Of a stretch of 64,000 nucleotides of DNA, positions 46,821-54,646 are shown piece by piece (the stretch's first letter is position 1; every line of letters starts with the position of its first letter). Origin of the DNA: Acidimicrobiia bacterium (lineage in GTDB: Bacteria; Actinomycetota; Acidimicrobiia; Spongiisociales; Spongiisociaceae). Location: positions 1-64,000 of the forward strand of contig JBFGLM010000006.1 in assembly GCA_041576165.1 (NCBI GenBank), given 5' to 3'. Made by a program: the position numbers and the translations under genes. The notes under the pieces were generated by a model, which saw only the letters and a list, made by a program, of their open reading frames with translations, was not told where the DNA came from and did not search any database.

Positions 46821-48269
46821 TCATCCCTCCAAGAATTCGATGCGGCGGTTCTGTGCGCGTCCAGCTGCAGTGGTGTTCTCGGCCACCGGTTGCGCTTCGC
46901 CATAACCAACCGGAAGCAATCTCGCGGCCGCCACGCCCTGCCCTGCCAGATAATCCCAAACGGTCTCTGCTCGGGCCTGACTCAACGCCAAGTTGGCGGC
47001 CTCGTCCCCCCGATCGTCGGTATGCCCTGCGATCTCGATACGCACCTGACGGTCGACGCTCATGGCACGGGTCAGTACGTCGGCGACTCGATCAAGAGTG
47101 GCGGATCCGTTCTCCGTCAGCTCAGCGGACCCGGATGCGAACGTGATCGTGTCGCGCGCCAGCACTTGTTCGATGGCACGGGTTGCTGCTTGGCCGGCGT
47201 CGATGTCCGTCCGTGCCCGCGCTGCGTCTGCCCCCTCCGCTGCCACGGTCAGATTTGCCAGACCGTCCAATGAAGAGGCAGTGCCGCGGATGCCAAGCGT
47301 GGCGTCACGCAAACGTAGGTCGCCGGACTCGAGCGCTCCGGGGAGCAAACCGATCAGGTCGGCCGCCTCAGCGATGGCTTCCATCTGCTCCGCCGTCGCA
47401 GCGACTCCTTCGACAGTTAGTTCGTCGACCACTCCGGCGCCGCCGAAGGCCGCCTCGGCGGCCGCCACCAGCTGCGTGCGGGCGGCCTCGTCGGGGACCA
47501 CCCCGGTGAGGCTGATACCCGTGGCCGTCAGCACGGCGCTGAAATCCGTCGCCGCCACCCGCGGGGCCAGAATGTCGGCCCGCCCTTCGATACCCGTCAG
47601 CGACTCGATCGACGATCTGAGTGAGCGGGCGCTCGCAACGGTCGCCGCTTCGCCACGCACCGCCAGCGTCGAATTGTCGAGCGCTAGCCGTCCCGACGCG
47701 AGCCGTTCGGGAAGCAGATCGATCACGTTCGCCAGCTCGGTTGCGGCCGCAGTCACTTCCGGTGCAGCGACAACACCTCCCACCATCAGGTCGTAGGTAG
47801 TGTTCTGCTCACCAAAAGCTGATTCGGCGGCGGCCACGAGCAACGCCCGGGTCGCCTCGTCAGGGACCACGCCCTGGAGGATCATGCGGCCACCGTCCAC
47901 GGTGCCGGTGACGTCGATATTGCCGGCGTTGACATCGATGGCGGCTGCCGTCACCTCGGTCGGGGCCGGGGGCGCCGACTCGGGCTCGCCGCCCGTACCG
48001 ACGAAACGTACATCTTGGGTGGCTGCCAGAGCACCGGCGACGGATAGCGCGTCGGTTTCGAGCATGTGGGGACCTGCGAGCGTCACGTTCCGGTAGGCGA
48101 CGTCATCGACGGTGACTTCCTCCATGCCCGCCACGTCGAGTGCGGAGCGGACGGAATCCGCAACGTCGGTTTCGACAGTGGTACAGGCCCCGATCGTGAA
48201 CAGGGCAGCCAGGCCGACCAGCATCGGTACCAACACCGGCGCGCGCATCAGACGGCACAGGCGAGCCAT
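46821..48269 (-). CDS. OmpA C-like peptidoglycan-binding lipoprotein with BON-like repeats (ArfA-like)
   Basis: Lipobox IGAC; duplicated L.GVVPDEA.R..LVAAAE.AFG domain; I.F..GSA.L, GHTD.RG...N..LS..RA.V and G.GE.QP...N....GRAQNRRIE motifs; GGAGGAG SD. Confidence 0.88.
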   Translation of the reverse strand: MARLCRLMRAPVLVPMLVGLAALFTIGACTTVETDVADSVRSALDVAGMEEVTVDDVAYRNVTLAGPHMLETDALSVAGALAATQDVRFVGTGGEPESAPPAPTEVTAAAIDVNAGNIDVTGTVDGGRMILQGVVPDEATRALLVAAAESAFGEQNTTYDLMVGGVVAAPEVTAAATELANVIDLLPERLASGRLALDNSTLAVRGEAATVASARSLRSSIESLTGIEGRADILAPRVAATDFSAVLTATGISLTGVVPDEAARTQLVAAAEAAFGGAGVVDELTVEGVAATAEQMEAIAEAADLIGLLPGALESGDLRLRDATLGIRGTASSLDGLANLTVAAEGADAARARTDIDAGQAATRAIEQVLARDTITFASGSAELTENGSATLDRVADVLTRAMSVDRQVRIEIAGHTDDRGDEAANLALSQARAETVWDYLAGQGVAAARLLPVGYGEAQPVAENTTAAGRAQNRRIEFLEG

Positions 48270-48406
48270 CGACTCCTCCATGGGTAGCGGACGGCTCGTT
48301 AAGCCTGTCCTCTCTCTCACCTGGTTCGACGGAGGAGTCCAGCGAAAGTTCCCTCGCTATTTCCACGCGCGACTGCCGGAGCGGTCAGACGTTTGGAGGA
48401 GGTGCG

Positions 48407-48435
48407 GATAGGGCCGCCCTCGGGGCGGCCCTATC
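48407..48435 (-). terminator. Stem-loop immediately after clpC
   Basis: GATAGGGCCGCCC-tcg-GGGCGGCCCTATC, 13-bp perfect stem 3 nt past the stop. Confidence 0.75.
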
Positions 48436-48438
48436 GGC

Positions 48439-50937
48439 TCAGTTCTCGGTGTCGGCCAGGTCGACAGGCGGAACGTCAGGCGTCTCGACCATCTCGAACG
48501 TCAGTTCGTCCACCTCTTCGTCGACATCCACCACGATGGTGGTACCGGCCGAGAAGTCGCCCATGAGGACCTTCTCCGACAGCGGATCCTCGAGGTGGCG
48601 CTGGATAGCTCGACGGAGCGGACGGGCCCCCAGCGACTGGTCGTAGCCCTTTTCCACCAGGAACACCTTGGCGTCGTCGGTGAGCACCAGGTCGAGTGCC
48701 TGGCTGGCGAGCTGCTCCCGGTCCCGAACCAGCATCAGCTCGACGATCTCCTTGACCTCGTCCTTGGTCAGCTCGTGATAGACGATGACCTCGTCGATCC
48801 GGTTGAGGAACTCCGGACGGAAATGTCGCTTCAGCTCTTCGGTGACCTTCTCTTTCATCTTCTCGTAGGTCACCTCGTCCGAATCGTGCTGGAAGCCGAT
48901 CGCCTTCTTACGCAGATCGGCCGTTCCCAGGTTGGACGTCATGATGATGACCGTGTTCTTGAAGTCGACCTGGCGCCCTTGCGCATCGGTCAGGCGGCCA
49001 TCTTCCAGGATCTGCAGCAGCGTGTTGAAGACGTCTGGGTGCGCCTTCTCGATCTCGTCGAATAGCACCACCGAGAAAGGCTTGCGCCGGACCGCTTCGG
49101 TCAGCTGCCCGCCCTCGTCATAACCCACGTATCCGGGAGGGGACCCGACGAGCCGGCTCACCGTGTGCTTCTCCATGTACTCGGACATGTCCAGCTGAAT
49201 GAGGGCGCTCTCGTCGCCGAACAGGAATTCGGCCAGCGTCTTGGCGGTCTCGGTCTTCCCAACCCCGGACGGCCCCAGGAATATGAACGAGCCGGACGGG
49301 CGCTTGGGGTCTTTGAGACCGGCGCGGGTGCGGCGGATGGCCCGACTGACCGCGCTGATCGCGTCGTGCTGGCCGATGATCCGCTTGTGCAGCTCGGCTT
49401 CCATGTTGACGAGCCGGGCGGTCTCCTCCTCGGTGAGCCGGTGGACGGGGATACCCGTCCACTGGGCGAGAACCTCGGCGATCTCGTCTTCGTCGATCAC
49501 CGAGCCGATCGGCGTTCCGGCCGCGGCCAGGTCGGCCTCGTGCTGGGCGCGTTCCCCTAGCAGCGTACGTTCCTGGTCGCGCAGCTGTGCGGCCCGCTCG
49601 AAATTCTGTGTCTGGACCGCGTCGGATTTGTCCCTGCGAACCTGATTGAGGCGCTCGTCGATCTGCTTGATCTCGGGCCCGCCACCCTTGCGATAGATGC
49701 GGTTGCGGCTTCCCGCCTCATCGATGAGGTCAATTGCCTTGTCCGGCAGGAATCGATCGGAGATGTAGCGGTCGGCCAGATTGGCCGCCATCACCAGGGC
49801 GTCATCGGTGAAACGCACACTGTGGTGCGCCTCGTAACGGTCCTTCAGACCCTGCAGGATCTGGATGGTCTCGGCCACCGTCGGCTCTTCGACCTGCACC
49901 GGCTGAAACCGGCGCTCCAGCGCAGAGTCCTTTTCGAGGTATTTGCGGTACTCCTCCAGGGTGGTGGCCCCGATGGTCTGGAGCTCGCCCCGGGCCAGCA
50001 TCGGCTTGAGGATGCTGGCAGCGTCGATCGCTCCCTCGGCCGCCCCGGCGCCTACCAGGGTGTGGATCTCGTCGATGAAGAGGATGATGTCGCCCCGGGT
50101 CTTGATTTCCTTCAGGACCTTCTTGAGGCGCTCCTCGAAATCTCCTCGGTAGCGCGAGCCGGCCACCAGGGCACCGAGGTCGAGGGTGTAGAGCTGCTTG
50201 TTGGTGAGCGTCTCAGGAACCTCGGAATTGACGATCTTCTGCGCCAGGCCTTCGACAATCGCGGTCTTCCCGACGCCCGGTTCACCGATCAGCACCGGGT
50301 TGTTCTTGGAGCGGCGGGAGAGAATCTGCATCACACGCTCGATCTCTGTAGCTCGGCCGATGACGGGATCGAGCTTGCGCTCTCTCGCCATCTGAGCCAG
50401 GTTGCGACCAAATTGATCGAGCACGGTAGAGCCCGACGGCCCGGACTCGCTGCTGCCGCGACCGGACTGGGTGGAACTGGCGGCGGTTTGTTCCTCACCT
50501 GATACCCCGGACAGCAGCTGGATGACGGTTTGACGAACCTTGGGGAGGTCGGCCCCCAGCTTCTGCAGCACCTGGGCGGCGACGCCTTCCCCTTCCCGGA
50601 TCAAACCCAGCAGGATGTGCTCGGTCCCGATGTAGTTGTGGCCGAGCTGCAATGCTTCGCGCAAAGACAGCTCGAGGACCTTCTTGGCGCGCGGGGTGAA
50701 GGGGATGTGGCCGGACGGCGACTGCTGGCCCTGGCCGATGATCTCAACGACCTGGCTGCGAACTGAATCCAGGTTGATTCCCAGGCTCTCCAAACCACGC
50801 GCGGCGACGCCTTCGCCTTCGTGGATTAGGCCAAGGAGGATGTGCTCGGTTCCGATGTAGTTGTGGTTGAGAAGCCTCGCCTCTTCCTGCGCAAGGACCA
50901 CGACCCGGCGGGCCCTGTCTGTAAATCGCTCAAACAT
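48439..50937 (-). CDS. clpC: ATP-dependent Clp protease ATP-binding subunit ClpC
   Basis: [22 protein letters not shown]-terminus; two AAA modules ([16 protein letters not shown]). Confidence 0.98.
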   Translation of the reverse strand: MFERFTDRARRVVVLAQEEARLLNHNYIGTEHILLGLIHEGEGVAARGLESLGINLDSVRSQVVEIIGQGQQSPSGHIPFTPRAKKVLELSLREALQLGHNYIGTEHILLGLIREGEGVAAQVLQKLGADLPKVRQTVIQLLSGVSGEEQTAASSTQSGRGSSESGPSGSTVLDQFGRNLAQMARERKLDPVIGRATEIERVMQILSRRSKNNPVLIGEPGVGKTAIVEGLAQKIVNSEVPETLTNKQLYTLDLGALVAGSRYRGDFEERLKKVLKEIKTRGDIILFIDEIHTLVGAGAAEGAIDAASILKPMLARGELQTIGATTLEEYRKYLEKDSALERRFQPVQVEEPTVAETIQILQGLKDRYEAHHSVRFTDDALVMAANLADRYISDRFLPDKAIDLIDEAGSRNRIYRKGGGPEIKQIDERLNQVRRDKSDAVQTQNFERAAQLRDQERTLLGERAQHEADLAAAGTPIGSVIDEDEIAEVLAQWTGIPVHRLTEEETARLVNMEAELHKRIIGQHDAISAVSRAIRRTRAGLKDPKRPSGSFIFLGPSGVGKTETAKTLAEFLFGDESALIQLDMSEYMEKHTVSRLVGSPPGYVGYDEGGQLTEAVRRKPFSVVLFDEIEKAHPDVFNTLLQILEDGRLTDAQGRQVDFKNTVIIMTSNLGTADLRKKAIGFQHDSDEVTYEKMKEKVTEELKRHFRPEFLNRIDEVIVYHELTKDEVKEIVELMLVRDREQLASQALDLVLTDDAKVFLVEKGYDQSLGARPLRRAIQRHLEDPLSEKVLMGDFSAGTTIVVDVDEEVDELTFEMVETPDVPPVDLADTEN

Positions 50938-51080
50938 CGGCGATCAGCCTCCTAACGGTCCGACGCACCCAAATCTCTGGCCATCGGGTGCGCCTCGCGG
51001 AGTATAGCCCCGGGCTGCACCAAGCTTCGCGGCTCCCGTCCGGCCCGGACAAGTCCGATTCAAAGCCCGTTTCACAGATA

Positions 51081-51108
51081 CAACCCCCATCCCTCCGTGG
51101 CGCATTCC
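51081..51108 (-). promoter_or_regulatory. Putative SigR/SigH-type promoter upstream of clpC
   Basis: GGAAT-N19-GTTG on the minus strand, matching the actinobacterial SigR/SigH consensus GGAAY-N18/19-GTT. Confidence 0.55.
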
Positions 51109-51175
51109 GCCGATTATCGGTGCGTCGATCGAGCACTACCATGCTGGCGGTCAGCAAGGTATTGGTGTTTTCGGA

Positions 51176-52174
51176 ATGGACGCTCCGGCCCTGAAGGACC
51201 TCGTCACCATCCCCGAAGTGTGGGAACGGGTTGAGCGTGTAGAGGTCCGTCTCCTCGATGTGTCCACCTCCGATGACGCCTTTCTCACCAAGGTTGCTCA
51301 GCATCTGATCACCGCCGGGGGCAAGCGATTCCGGCCACTTCTCGCCCAGCTCGGGGCCGAGCTCGGGCCCGATCTCGATGACCGGGCGATCGACGCCGGG
51401 GCGGCGGTGGAACTGATCCACATCGGCAGCCTCTATCACGATGACGTCATCGACGAAGCCGAGACCCGGCGGGGTGCCGTTTCCGTCAACGCCAACTGGA
51501 GCAACACGATTGCCATCCTGGCCGGAGATTTTCTCATGGCCCGCGCCTCCGAGGTGGCGGCCGCCACGCTGGGGCAGGAGGCGGTCAGGTTGCTGGCTCG
51601 CACATATGCCGAGCTGGTCGAGGGCCAGACTCTCGAGCTGCAGTTGACGGACGATCTGACCCATGAGGCCAACGAGTACTACCGGGTGATCGGCGGCAAG
51701 ACCGCCAGCCTGATCCGCACCTCAGCCCGGCTGGGGGCGATGGCGAGCGATGCCGCGCCCGACACCGTCGAGGCGGTGAGCACTGCTACCTGGGAGCTCG
51801 GGATGGTGTTTCAGATCACCGACGACGCCCTCGACCTGGTGGCCACCGAGGAGGTCCTCGGCAAGCCGACCGGTTCCGATATTCATCAGGGCGTGTACAC
51901 CCTGCCGGTGCTCAAAGCCCTGCACGGCCCCGACGGTGAGCGGATTCGTGCGTTGCTCTCGGTCCCCCGGCCCTTCGCCGATGAAACCGTCACAGAGGTG
52001 ATCGGCCTGGTCCGCAACAACGGCTTCGTCGACCAGACTCTCGACGAGTGCGACACCCGCCTCGACGTCGCCGCCGCCGCCATCGCCGTCCTCCCGGAAG
52101 GCCCCGTCCGCGACATCTTCGCCGCGATGGGCCGTTTCCTGATAGACCGCGTCACCATCGCCCGCGACGCGTAG
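51176..52174 (+). CDS. Long-chain polyprenyl diphosphate synthase (HepT/IspB-like)
   Basis: GGKRFRP, ELIH..SLYHDDVIDEA..RRG, LAGDFL, KTASL and FQITDD.LD motifs. Confidence 0.95.
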   Translation: MDAPALKDLVTIPEVWERVERVEVRLLDVSTSDDAFLTKVAQHLITAGGKRFRPLLAQLGAELGPDLDDRAIDAGAAVELIHIGSLYHDDVIDEAETRRGAVSVNANWSNTIAILAGDFLMARASEVAAATLGQEAVRLLARTYAELVEGQTLELQLTDDLTHEANEYYRVIGGKTASLIRTSARLGAMASDAAPDTVEAVSTATWELGMVFQITDDALDLVATEEVLGKPTGSDIHQGVYTLPVLKALHGPDGERIRALLSVPRPFADETVTEVIGLVRNNGFVDQTLDECDTRLDVAAAAIAVLPEGPVRDIFAAMGRFLIDRVTIARDA

Positions 52175-52184
52175 GCGGCAAAGC

Positions 52185-52250
52185 CACAGGCACAGCTACA
52201 GCCGCAGCCACAGGCACAGCTGCAGCCACGGCCACAGGCACAGCTACGGC
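52185..52250 (+). repeat. Hexamer tandem array, left arm (11 units of YRCRGS; 24-bp higher-order period)
   Basis: CACAGG CACAGC TACAGC CGCAGC CACAGG CACAGC TGCAGC CACGGC CACAGG CACAGC TACGGC. Confidence 0.9.
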
Positions 52251-52269
52251 TGGGGGGTCGACGGATCGT

Positions 52270-52627
52270 GAGGTCAGGCTGGAGGCGCTGGCGATAGCGG
52301 GTCAGAAGCGTTTTGTTTCCTCCGTCAGAGCTGCAAGTTCCACGTATCGCGCCTACTCGAGCAATCGAAGGTCACTCGCAAGGAGTAGGAGGTAGTCCGT
52401 CTCGCTCGCGGAACCGAGGGCGATTCCCAAGAAGTGTGAGAACTCTCGGGCACCTCGTCGAGCGCTGCCCTCTGCAATGTTCGCTGGGATCGATACAACG
52501 GCTCTTCGCAGTTGGTCTGTCAGCCTGTACCCATCTCGTCAGATGGGAACGCCGCCGTCCCCGCGTACGCGGCTTTCACCAGCTCATGGGCAGACTGCCA
52601 GCCCTTGATGGTCCGAAAGTCGCGCAT
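52270..52627 (-). pseudogene. Four-helix-bundle protein (23S rRNA IVS / Avd-like family) pseudogene
   Basis: Hand translation MRDFRTIKGWQSAHELVKAAY..TAAFPSDE / YRLTDQLRRAVVSIPANIAEGSARRGAREFSHFLGIALGSASETDYLLLLASDL; frameshift near 52531, TAG at 52353-52355, second frameshift near 52305; 3' end approximate. Confidence 0.85.
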
Positions 52628-52724
52628 GGCGCCCACAATCGCGCCTGGGTACGACAATCCGCGTGGCCCCACTGCAGCTCTGCTCCTCGACGGGCCGATT
52701 ACTCCGGAGCAACAACCCGCCCCG

Positions 52725-52769
52725 GCTGTAGCCGTAGCCCCTCCGGCTGTGGCCGTAGCTGTGGCTGTG
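52725..52769 (-). repeat. Hexamer tandem array, right arm (reverse complement of the left-arm units)
   Basis: GCTGTA GCCGTA ... GCTGTG GCCGTA GCTGTG GCTGTG, ending 1 nt from the lysS stop. Confidence 0.85.
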
Positions 52770-52770
52770 G

Positions 52771-54303
52771 CTACTCCGGCCGCATGGTGGGGAACAGCAG
52801 CACGTCCCGAATGTGATGGCTGTCGGTGAGCAACATGACCAGGCGGTCGACGCCGATGCCGAGGCCGCCGGTGGGCGGCATGCCGTACTCGAGCGCCAGT
52901 AGAAAGTCTTCGTCGACCGACATGGCCTCTTCGTCGCCGGCCGCCTTCGCCCGCGCCTGGGCCTCGAAACGAGCCCGCTGATCGATCGGATCGTTCAGTT
53001 CGGTGAAGGCGTTTGCGTACTCGGCGCCGGCGATGAACAGCTCGAACCGCTCGGTCAGCTGCGGATGTTCGCGGTGCTCGCGGGCCAGCGGCGATACCTC
53101 TTTGGGATGATCCATGACGTAGGTCGGCTCCCAGATGTGGTCCGCGACCAGGCCTTCGAAGAGCTGATCGATGATCTTGCCCGGGCCCCAGCCGTCTTGC
53201 ACCGCGATGCCGTGCTCGTGCGCCAGGCCGACCAGCTGATCCCGGTTCAGTTCCAGCAGCGCCTCTTGGCTGGTCGCCTCGGCAACCAGATCGACGAGCC
53301 GGGCCCGCCGGTAGGGCGGCGTGAGGTCGATCTCCCGATTTCCGTACGTGATCCGGGTGGTGCCGTGGACGGCCTCGGCCACAGCTGCAACGATCTCCTC
53401 GACCATCGCCATGATGTCGCGGTAGTCGGCGTAGGCCTCGTACGACTCGAGCATCGTGTACTCGGGATTGTGGGTCGCATCGACGCCCTCATTGCGGAAC
53501 ACCCGGCCGATCTCGAAGACCCGTTCCAGGCCACCCACGATCAGCCGCTTCAAGTGCAGTTCAGTGGCGATACGCAGGTACATATCGATGCCCAGCGCGT
53601 TGTGATGGGTCTGGAAGGGGCGGGCGAGCGCCCCGCCGGCGAGGGTTTGCAGCACCGATGTCTCGTATTCGATGTAGCCCCGGGCGGTGAACTGATTCCG
53701 CAGCTCGGCCACGATGCGTGCCCGGGCCTGGGCGATACGGCGCGACTCGTCGTTCACCATCAGATCGAGGTAGCGCCGCCGCGATCTGGTCTCGATGTCC
53801 TGCAGCCCGTGCCACTTCTCCGGCAATGGCCGAAACGCCTTGGCCTGAAGCACGAAATCGCCCACCCGGACGCTCAGCTCGCCCCGCCGGGTGGTCATGA
53901 CCTCTCCCTCGGCCCAGATGAGGTCGCCGCCGTCGAGGTCGCCGAACCGAACGAATTCTTCGTCGCCCAAGGTGCTGGGGTCAACGAACAGCTGAACGCG
54001 TCCCGAGGCGTCTTGCAGGACACCGAAAATCAGCCGCCCGAGCTCCCGGACATTCATCAAACGGCCGGCCACCCGCACTCTCTCGCCGGTTTCGGTCCCG
54101 GGGCCGAGGTCGCCGTATTGCGTGTGCAGCTGCGCCGCAGTGTGCGAGGGCTTGTGGCCCAGCGGGTATGCCTCGGCACCCGTAGCCCGAATTGCCGCCA
54201 CCTTCTCCAGCCGGCGCCTGGTCAACGGATGGTCGGACAGCGCCAGGCCGGGTTCAACTGGCTGTTCCGGGTCGTGGTCGGCAGGCGCGGATTGGTCGGA
54301 CAT
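52771..54303 (-). CDS. lysS: Lysyl-tRNA synthetase (class II)
   Basis: PLPEKWHGL, R.RYLDL, YLRIATEL.LKRL, FRNEG, HNPE.T and GMPPTGGLGIG.DRL motifs. Confidence 0.98.
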   Translation of the reverse strand: MSDQSAPADHDPEQPVEPGLALSDHPLTRRRLEKVAAIRATGAEAYPLGHKPSHTAAQLHTQYGDLGPGTETGERVRVAGRLMNVRELGRLIFGVLQDASGRVQLFVDPSTLGDEEFVRFGDLDGGDLIWAEGEVMTTRRGELSVRVGDFVLQAKAFRPLPEKWHGLQDIETRSRRRYLDLMVNDESRRIAQARARIVAELRNQFTARGYIEYETSVLQTLAGGALARPFQTHHNALGIDMYLRIATELHLKRLIVGGLERVFEIGRVFRNEGVDATHNPEYTMLESYEAYADYRDIMAMVEEIVAAVAEAVHGTTRITYGNREIDLTPPYRRARLVDLVAEATSQEALLELNRDQLVGLAHEHGIAVQDGWGPGKIIDQLFEGLVADHIWEPTYVMDHPKEVSPLAREHREHPQLTERFELFIAGAEYANAFTELNDPIDQRARFEAQARAKAAGDEEAMSVDEDFLLALEYGMPPTGGLGIGVDRLVMLLTDSHHIRDVLLFPTMRPE

Positions 54304-54447
54304 GGCGCGGCAGGGTAGTCACGCCGAGCTCGCCTCTTGGGGGCAGCGGCGATGGCCGGTCGAGGGGCGATCTCCGGCCGCGCGCTTCTCCATGAATTGC
54401 CTAAAGATCGGCTCAGGGGGCCCGACGGGATGGTCGATAACTAGAAC

Positions 54448-54472
54448 AGTCACACCCACTGTGACTAGTCAA
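54448..54472 (-). promoter_or_regulatory. Palindromic operator-like site abutting a TTGACT -35-like hexamer
   Basis: AGTCACA-N5-TGTGACT perfect inverted repeat (54448-54466); TTGACT on the minus strand at 54467-54472. Confidence 0.35.
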
Positions 54473-54480
54473 GGGGGATG

Positions 54481-54632
54481 CCTAGGCGCTGCCTGGGTAC
54501 GACTCGGACGGTTAGCCGTCCGGTGCAGATTTCTCCTTGCGGCTCACCGTCTCCGGACGGGAGGAGACGAAGTCGTACCTACGGCTTCGACACATCTGCA
54601 CGACAGGCCACCGCTCCGGCGGTGGCCTGTCG
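54481..54632. other. Multi-hairpin structured non-coding element of unknown family
   Basis: Stems CGGACGG/CCGTCCG; GTGCAGAT/ATCTGCAC closing two inner stems; 14-bp CGACAGGCCACCGC/GCGGTGGCCTGTCG. Confidence 0.55.
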
Positions 54633-54646
54633 AGGTTTTGGAGGCC

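Noticed and set aside
52270-52627. Diversity-generating retroelement suggested by the Avd-like gene
   Set aside because: No reverse transcriptase and no TR/VR pair with adenine-specific differences seen in the window
52048-52829. ORFs 52048-52395, 52313-52816 and 52512-52829 encoding TA/VA dipeptide runs
   Set aside because: They are translations of the hexamer arrays and of the antisense strand of the pseudogene, with no credible starts
54304-54646. T-box or lysine riboswitch controlling lysS
   Set aside because: No T-box antiterminator motif (GGTGGNACCGCG) or lysine aptamer blocks; lysS has a -10 box right before its ATG
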